From: Escherichia phage 172-1
DNA length: 64,000 nucleotides
Direction: 5' to 3' (one strand)
Sequence record: NC_028903.1
The translations under genes were made by a program, and so were the position numbers. This document shows, piece by piece, positions 47,852 to 56,806 of the stretch; position 1 is the first letter of the stretch; each line of letters opens with the position of its first letter. The notes beneath the pieces were generated by a model, which had not been told where the DNA came from, searched no databases, and was given only the letters and a program-made list of their open reading frames with translations.

Positions 47852-48043
47852 TCACTCTACCAACGCAGGCACTTCTATCCTTTTAACTGTGAATGTCTTG
47901 TTTGGAAACTTTCGAACTAACTCTGCTGCTTTGGTTATTGCTAAGTTCTCTGTCTCAAAGATACACAGTTGACCATTTAATGCTACAAGAGTGGAGCCAC
48001 CACTGAAGATGGCCCAAGATTCATAATAACCTTTAACACTCAT
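47852..48043 (-). CDS. hypothetical protein
   Basis: 63 aa ORF immediately downstream of DNA polymerase. Confidence 0.3.
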   Translation of the reverse strand: MSVKGYYESWAIFSGGSTLVALNGQLCIFETENLAITKAAELVRKFPNKTFTVKRIEVPALVE

Positions 48044-48051
48044 AATTTACC

Positions 48052-49896
48052 TTAGTGCGTATGCATCCAGTTGAGTCCAATCTGACAATCAGATGCCAGA
48101 GGACATTCCATGTTCAAATACTCACCAGCCTTCTTAACACAAAGCTCGGTGTGCTCTTTGAGTTTCTGTACATCATTACGATTAACTGAGAACTGGCCCT
48201 CATCATGCATATCAATTACCTTAGCACAACGAACTCCATCCTTCTCAATCCACTTGTTAAGGAACATCATAGCATATTTCATAACAACAGCACCAGCACA
48301 TTGCAGGAGAGTGTTAAGTGCTTTATGAACCATAACCTTACCAGTGGCATCTCGTCTCATTGTAATCTTACGACCATCAACACCAATCAAGTACCCTTGA
48401 GCTGCTTTCTCTGTCATACGATCAATGAGGATTGCAATACATGGGTTCTCTGCCAAGAAACGTGCTCGCATCACTGAACCTTCATCAGCCCCACCACCTA
48501 CAATTGAACCAAGCTTAGCATCACCAGCACCATAGTTGAATGCGTAGATAAACGTCTTAGCGTTGTCACGAGTAGGAAGACCAGCAAGTCTCTGGTTGTG
48601 GGAGTGGATATCACCTTCAAGGAGAATATCACGATACATAATAGCAGAAGCTAAACCACGTTCTGCCAGAGCTTTCTTAGCTGGATTATTCTCTTCTATT
48701 GCTTCAGCAAGCATATCCCTACACTCTTTAATGAGGTAGTGTGCGAGCATACGCAATTCTAATCCAGAACCATCATACCCTAAGAATACTTCTTTACCAG
48801 CGGGTATGTAATATTTGTAAGCACCTACAGGTTTGTCTTTCTTCCCCGGCTTACCTTTCTCATAAATTACGTTAGTACCTTTTCGTATATAACAACCATC
48901 AGGAACAACGTTAGTAATAACGAAAGGACGAGAGTGATCATCATCTGAGTTATAGTCAGACTCAAACAAACCGCGACACTCATGACCAAACAAACCACGG
49001 GAGGGAATATTAACCACGATACGATGTTTGAATCGAAAAGTCGGAGTAGCGCAGCTGTTAGCTTCTGCCGAAAGTTTACCATCTTCGCGTTCCTTTGCTA
49101 TAAGTCCACTGATAAGACCTAGCCTGTGAGCCGCTACAACGCGTCTCTTAAGCAAACTTCCGACACTCCCTAGCTCACCCCCTAACCCTTCTTCAAGAGT
49201 CTCCTCGAGGTTTGTAGGAGCTGTAGGCCACTTGTTTGAGGTAGCTAGTGCTATCTTAATCTCATCAAAAGTGATAGGTCTACGTCGGTTAGGATTTAAA
49301 CCTAAACCAAAAACATAAGCCTTCATGTAGTTCTTAGTTTTAAACCTAAAGTGCTTCTCTAAGAACTTTCTGATATCAGCGTCAACCATCTCGGCTGTCT
49401 GCTTCTGTTTAGAATTACCTCGCATCCAAGCTGAATACCATGCTTGGTATGTTCCATACTTTCGCATATCTTTCTTGATTTCAAAAGTATTCCAAGGTTT
49501 CTTTGATACGTTAAACTCTGGAGGAAGAAAACCCTCATCCATAAGGGCTTCTTTAACTCGTGCATCTTTCGATGGGTCAAAGTCCACGTATTCAACACAG
49601 GTGAATGCTCCACCAATGTCCTCTCTCTTAAGTCCAACTCTATCACAATAGGCTTGAGGCCACTTCTGTAAAGCTCCAGACTTCTTAAATGGCTTCATAT
49701 AAGTAGAGCCATCTAATCTCATCTTAGGTAAGAGAGGAATTAATTCTTTGTCAATATTAACAATAATCTCTTTAAGGAGGTGAACATACCACCGAGCATT
49801 TCTTTGGTTGAAACTCACTCCGTGCTTCGCTTGCTTAGAGATTATATCAGCGACAGTCATCTCTGTCAAAAATGGGAGAGCGTCCGGGTTGCTCAC
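48052..49896 (-). CDS. family A DNA polymerase, polymerase domain only
   Basis: 614 aa; motif A DGSGLELRMLAHY, motif B RDNAKTFIYAFNYGAG, motif C HDE; no exonuclease motifs in N-terminus. Confidence 0.85.
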   Translation of the reverse strand: MSNPDALPFLTEMTVADIISKQAKHGVSFNQRNARWYVHLLKEIIVNIDKELIPLLPKMRLDGSTYMKPFKKSGALQKWPQAYCDRVGLKREDIGGAFTCVEYVDFDPSKDARVKEALMDEGFLPPEFNVSKKPWNTFEIKKDMRKYGTYQAWYSAWMRGNSKQKQTAEMVDADIRKFLEKHFRFKTKNYMKAYVFGLGLNPNRRRPITFDEIKIALATSNKWPTAPTNLEETLEEGLGGELGSVGSLLKRRVVAAHRLGLISGLIAKEREDGKLSAEANSCATPTFRFKHRIVVNIPSRGLFGHECRGLFESDYNSDDDHSRPFVITNVVPDGCYIRKGTNVIYEKGKPGKKDKPVGAYKYYIPAGKEVFLGYDGSGLELRMLAHYLIKECRDMLAEAIEENNPAKKALAERGLASAIMYRDILLEGDIHSHNQRLAGLPTRDNAKTFIYAFNYGAGDAKLGSIVGGGADEGSVMRARFLAENPCIAILIDRMTEKAAQGYLIGVDGRKITMRRDATGKVMVHKALNTLLQCAGAVVMKYAMMFLNKWIEKDGVRCAKVIDMHDEGQFSVNRNDVQKLKEHTELCVKKAGEYLNMECPLASDCQIGLNWMHTH

Positions 49897-49912
49897 TTTA
49901 TACTCCTTTAAA

Positions 49913-50335
49913 TTATTGGTAAATCAAATCCGTAAATGCTTGATTGTCTTCTATCACATCTAACACGGTAGCTTCATAACTGTAAGCCCTAACCGCCCCG
50001 TTAACAACTATCCGAGGAGTAGGTGGAGGTGGTGCATGGTTAGCCCTAGCTTCACGAGGTTGCTCTCGTACTAAATGAGCCACAACCCTTTGGTTAGCGA
50101 CTTCTTCTCTTTCTCGAATAGCTCTCTGAATGTAAGCTAACTTCATACCCCAAACTTCTTCAAACTCTTGAGGGTGTTTATCGCTGATAACTACATACTG
50201 ACGTTCAGGAATACCAGAGCGAATCTCTGACAAAAGCTCATGGAACAAATCAAGTTCATGTTCAGTGAGATTCATTTCGATATCATCCCACTTGAGAACT
50301 AGGAATCTGTTTTGGTGTCTAGCTGGTAATGGCAT
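49913..50335 (-). CDS. hypothetical protein
   Basis: 140 aa. Confidence 0.4.
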   Translation of the reverse strand: MPLPARHQNRFLVLKWDDIEMNLTEHELDLFHELLSEIRSGIPERQYVVISDKHPQEFEEVWGMKLAYIQRAIREREEVANQRVVAHLVREQPREARANHAPPPPTPRIVVNGAVRAYSYEATVLDVIEDNQAFTDLIYQ

Positions 50336-50498
50336 TCTACTCCACCTCTACTCTAACGTAAGTTCTCTCGCCAACATCATCTTTCCAGACCCATGCCTTG
50401 GCATCTTCTTCAGACTTAAAAGCTTTCACAACGCTGTATCCACCTTCCCATTCATCACCGAACCAGCGCTGTCCTACGTAAACATATTCTTTCATTAT

Positions 50499-50774
50499 TT
50501 AACCTTTTGGGAATGGCATTAAAGATTCCATAGCAGATTTAATTTCGCTATTGATTCGAGCATCTCGATAAGAGATAAACTTACCTTTGCTATCTCGTAA
50601 CATCACATGGGTTCTAGCTGTTACGTGGGGAAGTAATGTAATACTAGTTGGGATAGTGTCAATCCCTACAGAAAATTTGTCAATAGTCTTGCTTTCACTT
50701 AACAGATAAGACCAAGTTTGCTTCGGATGGTTAGGGTATGTGTCTCGAATTTGAACCATAGCTAACTTATTCAT
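50499..50774 (-). CDS. small protein, GKFISY/PFPKG paralog family (member 2)
   Basis: 91 aa; shares ...GKFISY...PFPKG C-terminus with adjacent gene. Confidence 0.45.
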   Translation of the reverse strand: MNKLAMVQIRDTYPNHPKQTWSYLLSESKTIDKFSVGIDTIPTSITLLPHVTARTHVMLRDSKGKFISYRDARINSEIKSAMESLMPFPKG

Positions 50775-50775
50775 A

Positions 50776-51027
50776 TTAAACTCCTTTAGGGAATGGGATG
50801 AGGTTTTCTACTGCAACACGGAACTCTTTCTCTACGTTTTTATTCTTATAAGAAATGAATTTACCATCAGCCCCACGGAGGATTACGTTAGTACGAGCTG
50901 TTTTTGGGTTATGACCAATCTGGTTTGCAATAATATTAGCAATGCCGTGGTTATTGGTAAATTTCCATTTAACCATACGATTGTTAGACATTACATCAAT
51001 GATATTTACAGATTTTACAATAGACAT
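50776..51027 (-). CDS. small protein, GKFISY/PFPKG paralog family (member 1)
   Basis: 83 aa; tandem paralog. Confidence 0.45.
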   Translation of the reverse strand: MSIVKSVNIIDVMSNNRMVKWKFTNNHGIANIIANQIGHNPKTARTNVILRGADGKFISYKNKNVEKEFRVAVENLIPFPKGV

Positions 51028-51061
51028 ATTTATTACCTAAGAAGTTTAATTTGGTTTATAT

Positions 51062-51090
51062 AAAAGAAAAGGCCACCCATTTGGGTAGCC
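51062..51090 (-). terminator. rho-independent terminator
   Basis: GGCUACCC / GGGUGGCC stem followed by UUUUCUUUU on minus transcript. Confidence 0.5.
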
Positions 51091-51095
51091 TCATA

Positions 51096-51419
51096 TTACG
51101 ATGAGCTTAAAGCTCCTTTTCGCTTAGCAGCACCAGCTGCTTTTCCAGCTCGATTACCACTTTTGCCGCCGTTTGAACGGTTTGAGCTGACTGATTCAAC
51201 ACGTAAGTTGCTTGACGCATTAGAGCCTCCAGACTTGACAGCTCGTTTGTGTCCAACATCTTTACCTCTGACAGCAGCTTTTCCATCGCGCTTTTCAACG
51301 ATGCGACGTGCACGGTGGCGCTGAGCATCTCCGCTCTTGCTCCCAACGCCTGTCTCACCACGGGCAATTGCGGTACGTCTTTCTTGTGCATAATCTCTCT
51401 TTCCTACATGATCTGCCAT
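51096..51419 (-). CDS. basic low-complexity protein (possibly nucleic-acid binding)
   Basis: 107 aa, R/K/G/A-rich; own promoter and AAGGAG RBS. Confidence 0.4.
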   Translation of the reverse strand: MADHVGKRDYAQERRTAIARGETGVGSKSGDAQRHRARRIVEKRDGKAAVRGKDVGHKRAVKSGGSNASSNLRVESVSSNRSNGGKSGNRAGKAAGAAKRKGALSSS

Positions 51420-51455
51420 TTAAAACTCCTTAATATATCAGTGTACACTAAGGAG

Positions 51456-51466
51456 TATACATTATA
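51456..51466 (-). promoter_or_regulatory. phage promoter core TATAATGTATA (leftward)
   Basis: 37 nt upstream of ATG 51419. Confidence 0.5.
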
Positions 51467-51475
51467 AGTTGCTGT

Positions 51476-52213
51476 TTAAGCTTTCTTTTCCATTGCTTTA
51501 ACAATAGCTTTACAGAAACCAGAACGAACAATGTCATCTGATTCGCCGTCTACAATCTCAGCGAACTCATACAGATCATGTTCATCAATAAAGTTAGTAG
51601 CCCAAGTAAGACCACTCTCACGACCACGCATATCATGCTGGTTAGTGTCACCCATGCAGAACAATTGAGAGGTTTCTCCCAATCGAGTCATGATTGAGAA
51701 GGCTTCATCTTTAGTGGTGTTCTGGAACTCATCTACGATAACAATAGCATCGTTGAAAGAACGACCACGGAGATACTCCAGAGGTACGAACTCAATATTA
51801 CTGTTACCGAGCTGGCATTCATAGAACCCTTTACCATATCGCTGAGTAATAACATCAATGATAGGCATCAAATATGGTTCAAACTTCTCACGCATCCCTC
51901 CCGGAAGCAACCCAAGAGAATTACCCATGCCGACCGAAGGGCGACTCAGGATAATCTTCTGAATCTTACCACTCTTCAGTGCATCGATAACCGTGGAAGT
52001 GATTACAAAGGTCTTACCACAGCCCGCAGGAGCGTCTGTGAACACAACTTGTTTAGTCTTGATAGCATTGAGCAGTTCAGACTGGAACTGGTTCTGAGGG
52101 ACTACAGGCTTTGCTAAAACCACCTCTTCAAACTCGCGCTTACCCTTACGAGTGACAAGTACTTCCCGACGAAGGTCTTTCCGTGATTCTTTCCGTGATT
52201 GACGACGACTCAT
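51476..52213 (-). CDS. phoH: PhoH-like ATPase
   Basis: 245 aa; Walker A PAGCGKTF, IVDEFQN, and GDTNQ motifs. Confidence 0.8.
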   Translation of the reverse strand: MSRRQSRKESRKDLRREVLVTRKGKREFEEVVLAKPVVPQNQFQSELLNAIKTKQVVFTDAPAGCGKTFVITSTVIDALKSGKIQKIILSRPSVGMGNSLGLLPGGMREKFEPYLMPIIDVITQRYGKGFYECQLGNSNIEFVPLEYLRGRSFNDAIVIVDEFQNTTKDEAFSIMTRLGETSQLFCMGDTNQHDMRGRESGLTWATNFIDEHDLYEFAEIVDGESDDIVRSGFCKAIVKAMEKKA

Positions 52214-52422
52214 TTACGCTCTCCAATTTCTTCGTAATGACATTCAGTAGTTAAACAATCTTTACAGATTGCTGTATAAACCCTGACGTTAGTAAATCGT
52301 TTGTTCTTCCCTTTGGTTGGAGAGCCTTTGGCAAGCTCTCTGATAACCTTGTTACTTAAATGAAGGTTTGTCCCTTCACATCTAGAGCACTTCACCACAA
52401 TGTCCATTCGGTAAGAGACCAC
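52210..52422 (-). CDS. small zinc-finger protein
   Basis: 70 aa; CSRC...CKDC...CH cluster. Confidence 0.35.
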   Translation of the reverse strand: MVSYRMDIVVKCSRCEGTNLHLSNKVIRELAKGSPTKGKNKRFTNVRVYTAICKDCLTTECHYEEIGERK

Positions 52423-52588
52423 AGAGAGTCACCTATGTGGGCATTGTCATTCCTGATGAGGTCTTTGATTTTATCAACATCAGTTAAGTGAGTCACATTC
52501 AAAATATCCTCAACATCTGGGGCATATTTAAATATGGCAACAATACTGTTGTGATCTTCAGCATATCTTTCTAGAACATAAACTACGC

Positions 52589-52912
52589 TCATGCGAAGTT
52601 AACCTCTTTATGAAGTCTGTAAACAGCTGTCGCCATACAAGCAACAGCTTCGTTATGTGGGAGATGCATCCCTGTAGAACCATCCCAATCTTTGAACTCA
52701 TTGTCAAAGACTCCGGTAGGCTCTGGATACAAGGCTTGCAACTCAACCAAATCGTTAGCAACTTGTTGCCATTTATCATCAGACCAGATAGGGTCATCCA
52801 ACCAGTAATACAAATAGGAATGGATGATCAATTGCCTTCTGTGCCGATTGATTACTTCAGCGGGACTTATCTCACTTCCATTTGAAGTCCTAAATGTATT
52901 ACTGTCAATCAT
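52589..52912 (-). CDS. small protein resembling NAD-dependent ligase domain Ia
   Basis: 107 aa; HSYLYYWLDDPIWSDDKW...LQALYPEP resembles the LigA N-terminal motif; weak. Confidence 0.3.
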   Translation of the reverse strand: MIDSNTFRTSNGSEISPAEVINRHRRQLIIHSYLYYWLDDPIWSDDKWQQVANDLVELQALYPEPTGVFDNEFKDWDGSTGMHLPHNEAVACMATAVYRLHKEVNFA

Positions 52913-53157
52913 TTCACAACCTTAAATTTGAATGTTGTTGGGTGATAATAATGCAACCTGTTAATGGTGTGCTTTGTTTCAAGATATATCCTACAAGAGT
53001 GACACATCACATGATTCAGACCAGTTACAGGATTAGGTTTAAAGTTGGCGATAGGCTTCTCTTTCTTACAGAAGCTACAGACTTTCTTTTCCATCTTTTC
53101 TCCAGTGGTCAACGAACTGCTGAAACACTTTACGGTCAAATGTGAAATTACGAGCAA
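52909..53157 (-). CDS. zinc-ribbon protein
   Basis: 82 aa; CSFC...CHSC pairs. Confidence 0.35.
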   Translation of the reverse strand: MLVISHLTVKCFSSSLTTGEKMEKKVCSFCKKEKPIANFKPNPVTGLNHVMCHSCRIYLETKHTINRLHYYHPTTFKFKVVK

Positions 53158-53454
53158 TTCCGCATTCTCTAAAAGTGGCAGGCATATAATCTACATCACC
53201 TTCAGATGTATGACCATAGACTTGAATAAGTTTCTTAATCTTATCCTTCTCTCTTCGAGGAAGCATTCTAAATGCCTCCTGAATATCTGTAATATGTTTT
53301 ATCTTCATCAGAAATTCCTGCTAATCCTCTGAGTTGTGGGAACAGCAATATTCACATACTCCACAACAAGGGCAAATTTCTACACTTGGGTCATATGCAT
53401 CATCAACTGTCATCCCACACTTGGTGCAGAACACATCATCATCTTCTTCCAATA

Positions 53455-54111
53455 TTAATTCTCCAAAGTTTTCTTCAGAGCTGCCCACGAGATTGGGTAG
53501 AGTTTAGCCATCTCTTCATCCAGAGATTGAGCAAACACTCGAACTTCATACTGAGCATGGGAGGATAGTCGCTGACGACACAACTCAAACCAGCCATACA
53601 AAGAACCAGTCCACACCCACTCAGTGATCATTCCCTGAGGAAGAACAAATCGGGCTTGTTCTGGTGCAACGAACTCAATCAACTTGTCATATGCTGCTAG
53701 AGAAGCTTCATATGCATCGTTAATCAACATTAATGCTTCAGCTCGCTCTCCATTGATGAGTTGAACCCCTGAACCTGCATGGAGGTCCGAAGGTCTCGCA
53801 AAAATCTCTTTAGGGATGAAGACTTCAACTGCTCCGTCTTTATACCTCCGGGACATTTCGTTCCACGAAAACCCAATTTGGTGCTTGCCCAACTGTCTCG
53901 CAATTGCGATAGGTGCTTTGCATCGGAAACTGACTTGTGGGTGTCGGAATGGAGTAACATGCTTCTCTCTTGCGAGGAAGTTGATGAGACGTTCATCACG
54001 TTCATTTAAATCACCTTCACGGGTTACGCCAAAGGAAACTCGAGCTGCGTTTACTACGCTACGATCACTTCCCATAGCTTCGATTAATGTTGCTTGTAAT
54101 TGTTCATTCAT
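53455..54111 (-). CDS. thyX: flavin-dependent thymidylate synthase ThyX homolog (variant active-site motif)
   Basis: 218 aa; recalled ThyX-like core (VVNAARVSFG, HVTPFRH, KAPIAIARQ, SHAQ); RHR-x7-S motif replaced by KHQ-x8-S. Confidence 0.7.
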   Translation of the reverse strand: MNEQLQATLIEAMGSDRSVVNAARVSFGVTREGDLNERDERLINFLAREKHVTPFRHPQVSFRCKAPIAIARQLGKHQIGFSWNEMSRRYKDGAVEVFIPKEIFARPSDLHAGSGVQLINGERAEALMLINDAYEASLAAYDKLIEFVAPEQARFVLPQGMITEWVWTGSLYGWFELCRQRLSSHAQYEVRVFAQSLDEEMAKLYPISWAALKKTLEN

Positions 54112-54126
54112 CCGTGAATTTCCTTA

Positions 54127-54336
54127 TTAATATTCTTTTACATAATAAACCACTAAGGTTCCCATCTCTGACAATGTTGATTTATGTAAGCTTACTTTAC
54201 TATAAATCTTTGGGGCCATCTTAAGAGCCTTCTTAAAACGGCGAGCATCTTTACGAGTAGCAAAGTGCTCTGTAACAGGTATAGCCGGGTCTTGGTAGAG
54301 GTAATATACCACCGTCCAATATTTTTTCATAATCAA
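54127..54336 (-). CDS. small protein, TRxxAR/YY paralog family (member 4)
   Basis: 69 aa; ATRKDARRFKKALK core and C-terminal YY-type ending. Confidence 0.45.
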   Translation of the reverse strand: MIMKKYWTVVYYLYQDPAIPVTEHFATRKDARRFKKALKMAPKIYSKVSLHKSTLSEMGTLVVYYVKEY

Positions 54337-54605
54337 ACACCTAGGGCAGTAGTTAAGAATGCTTTCAGGTTTGCTTCGGTCTGCATACCAGAGAGACTAT
54401 AGTGTGCACCACTATTACGGTCAGGTACAACGAAAGCAGGGATGCTTCTTACACCATACTTAACAGCTTGTTCACGACCATCACCTTCAAGGATGTTAAT
54501 CTCTTCTACTTCTACATCGAACTCCTTAACAACCTTCTCAAAGGTAGGAGCCATTGCTTTACATGGAGCACACTGATCACTATAAAACTTAATCACTTTA
54601 GACAT
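54333..54605 (-). CDS. thioredoxin/glutaredoxin-like protein
   Basis: Start at ATG 54603-54605 (MSKVIKFYSDQCAPCK...); CxxC active site. Confidence 0.55.
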   Translation of the reverse strand: MSKVIKFYSDQCAPCKAMAPTFEKVVKEFDVEVEEINILEGDGREQAVKYGVRSIPAFVVPDRNSGAHYSLSGMQTEANLKAFLTTALGV

Positions 54606-54795
54606 TCTATTCCTTGTTAATAAACAGGTTGATATGACGTTGGGTAGCAGGAACAACAATAAAAGATTTATACTGACCTTTTGCTAAGTCATGAGCAATC
54701 TTCTTTGTCTGACCAAGACCCATCACACAGCCACTAACAATAATGGCGTGTGCTTGCAACTCTTCAGGGAGTTTTAGTTTCATTCTTCAGGTTCC

Positions 54796-54981
54796 TTACA
54801 GCATAGCAAGAATGATAATAAGAGGTAATGTTATAGCGAAATTAATAAGAACAGCGCTGCCTAGCTTGATAGCTTTAACATCCTCTTCTGATGGGTTTTC
54901 TTTAATTGCTAAATTTCGAGCTTTATATATAACAGTACCAATTATTAACGACCACACGGCCCACACAATCAGTGAAATCAT
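54796..54981 (-). CDS. small two-TM membrane protein
   Basis: 61 aa; two hydrophobic helices. Confidence 0.4.
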   Translation of the reverse strand: MISLIVWAVWSLIIGTVIYKARNLAIKENPSEEDVKAIKLGSAVLINFAITLPLIIILAML

Positions 54982-54990
54982 ATCAAACCC

Positions 54991-55170
54991 TTATGCAGTC
55001 AGGAGGTGAAGCAGGAATGGGATAACAACAGCTACGACAACCATGATGGTTGATGCTGTTTGAATCTCACCTTTCTTGTCAGGAGTTTCTTCAATAAGCT
55101 TGCCAGAAGCCCAATAGATACCACCACCAATAAAGACAGCCCAAATACCCCATACGATTGCTGATAACAT
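54991..55170 (-). CDS. small two-TM membrane protein (paralog of 54796..54981; not in ORF track)
   Basis: 59 aa ORF found by hand (MLSAIVWGIWAVFIGGGIYWASGKLIEETPDKK...); same architecture as neighbour. Confidence 0.35.
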   Translation of the reverse strand: MLSAIVWGIWAVFIGGGIYWASGKLIEETPDKKGEIQTASTIMVVVAVVIPFLLHLLTA

Positions 55171-55231
55171 ATATCTATATCCTTATAAATAAGTTCGCCC
55201 CACCTCGGGTTAGGAGACAGGGCGGAGGTTT

Positions 55232-55795
55232 TTAGTAAGACACATCGCCACTTGAGTGGGACATGTTGCTCTTGACGAAGTAGCAATACTTGCCAAGACC
55301 TTCATTAATTTCTTGAAGCATACTCTGATCAACTGGATAAGTGGCTAAATCACCATCAAACTCATCCATCTTCTCAATAATACACATCAAGGTCATGCAC
55401 ATATCAGAGAGCATACCGTCCATATCTAGGTCAGCATTACCCTCTGAGAACCAAGCATGGGAGAGATAATTGGCTGCTGTGGCGTCCACTTTAACACAGT
55501 GGTAACGCATACGTTCAGCAATACGATCTCCTACTTGTCGTGCGTAATCTTCCAGCTCATCAAACATACCATGAACACCCTGAAATCCTGCACCAGAGAC
55601 GTTCCAATGGTAGTTTTTAGCTTTGATATGCAAGAGTTCCATGTTAGCTTGTAAGCAGCTCAGGATGTGTTCTAGGCTGTTTCCACTAATCATACCCTGC
55701 ATTGTTTCAAGGCGAGAGATTGAAAGCTCGGACCGGTCTAACATATTGTATTCGACACGACCAATATCAGGTAAATCAAAGACATTCTTATGCAT
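55232..55795 (-). CDS. dps: Dps-like ferritin (DNA-binding ferritin-like protein)
   Basis: Start at ATG 55793-55795 with GGAGAT RBS; NYHWNVSGAGFQGVH (H-x11-H) and GDRIAE (D-x3-E) match recalled Dps ferroxidase-centre spacing. Confidence 0.6.
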   Translation of the reverse strand: MHKNVFDLPDIGRVEYNMLDRSELSISRLETMQGMISGNSLEHILSCLQANMELLHIKAKNYHWNVSGAGFQGVHGMFDELEDYARQVGDRIAERMRYHCVKVDATAANYLSHAWFSEGNADLDMDGMLSDMCMTLMCIIEKMDEFDGDLATYPVDQSMLQEINEGLGKYCYFVKSNMSHSSGDVSY

Positions 55796-56117
55796 TTGGG
55801 TTATCTCCATCAAGTTCAACTGAATTAGCAACGTTACGTTCGATGTTTGCCATCACTTGCTGCGTTATGACAATACAGTTCTGTGGGTCTACTGACTTAG
55901 AACGCCCCATTTCAGGGTCATACACCTTAACTCGCTTAGCAGTTGAACCTGTAACCTGAAGAACCTTCAACAGATATCCCTGATTACCAATAGACCAAGC
56001 AACAACATCACGATTCTTGATAAAGCGACCAAGCATATCACGATGATAAAACTGTTGCATCACCTTGGATTTTGTAATCTCTTCAGTGGGCGGGGCCACT
56101 TTACTCAAATCTAACAT
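55788..56117 (-). CDS. hypothetical protein
   Basis: 109 aa; preceded by promoter motif. Confidence 0.45.
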   Translation of the reverse strand: MLDLSKVAPPTEEITKSKVMQQFYHRDMLGRFIKNRDVVAWSIGNQGYLLKVLQVTGSTAKRVKVYDPEMGRSKSVDPQNCIVITQQVMANIERNVANSVELDGDNPNA

Positions 56118-56155
56118 AACTCTCTCCTGTAAAAATACAAATTCTTATTGTACTC

Positions 56156-56188
56156 TATATACATTTGAGAGTTACCATATCTACTACC
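56156..56188 (-). promoter_or_regulatory. phage promoter (GGTAGTAG-N14-AAATGTATATA, leftward)
   Basis: Same upstream octamer and spacing as 44944..44976; 39 nt upstream of ATG 56117. Confidence 0.5.
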
Positions 56189-56190
56189 AA

Positions 56191-56400
56191 TCAGTAGTAA
56201 ACATTCCGAGATAGCATACAAGTACTTTCTGAGAATTCAACCCAACGGTGTATGCTAACATGCTCAACCGTACCGACCAGAGCTTTCATATTCTTTTTAG
56301 CAATACGAGCCTCTTTGCGAGTGTTAAACAGTTTGATATTATCTTTTCCCAAGTGTTGCTCGTGATTCCAAACAACACGAATAGCCCACATCTTTTTCAT
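56191..56400 (-). CDS. small protein, TRxxAR/YY paralog family (member 3)
   Basis: 69 aa; NTRKEARIAKKNMK core, ends VYY. Confidence 0.45.
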   Translation of the reverse strand: MKKMWAIRVVWNHEQHLGKDNIKLFNTRKEARIAKKNMKALVGTVEHVSIHRWVEFSESTCMLSRNVYY

Positions 56401-56609
56401 CAGTAGTGTACCTTTCCGCTGATATAAACACGACCAGAGGAATACTCTCTGGCCTTATGAATACTGATGCTCTTGATCATATCTATATTAAACATGGACT
56501 TTTTAAAATCTCGAGCTTGTTGGCGAGTAGGTAGTGCAGTCATAGTCATACCGCCTGATGCCCACTTAATCTTTGCTAACCAAAACTGTCTCATAGTGAT
56601 TGGTCTCAT
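56400..56609 (-). CDS. small protein, TRxxAR/YY paralog family (member 2)
   Basis: 69 aa; PTRQQARDFKKSMF core, ends VHY. Confidence 0.45.
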   Translation of the reverse strand: MRPITMRQFWLAKIKWASGGMTMTALPTRQQARDFKKSMFNIDMIKSISIHKAREYSSGRVYISGKVHY

Positions 56610-56806
56610 TAATAATAAACCTTGCTGTTGGCAAAAAGAGCACCTTCGTTATTCACAATAGCTTTTCCTATTGTAACCTTATTGAGTCTAAAAGTAGACT
56701 TGTATTGGTTTTTGACCCTACGGGCGTGTTCTCGAGTATTAACAAAATCTACAGCTACTAACTCTCCAGTCGTGTTATCATGTACACGAACAATCCACTT
56801 TTTCAT
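56609..56806 (-). CDS. small protein, TRxxAR/YY paralog family (member 1)
   Basis: 65 aa; NTREHARRVKNQYK core, ends VYY. Confidence 0.45.
   Translation of the reverse strand: MKKWIVRVHDNTTGELVAVDFVNTREHARRVKNQYKSTFRLNKVTIGKAIVNNEGALFANSKVYY

Noticed and set aside
51107-51391. Alternative-frame ORF 51107..51391 (94 aa) overlapping 51096..51419 on the same strand
   Set aside because: Only one of the two can be the main product; the 51419 start has the promoter and AAGGAG RBS at the right spacing. Dual coding cannot be excluded but is unsupported.
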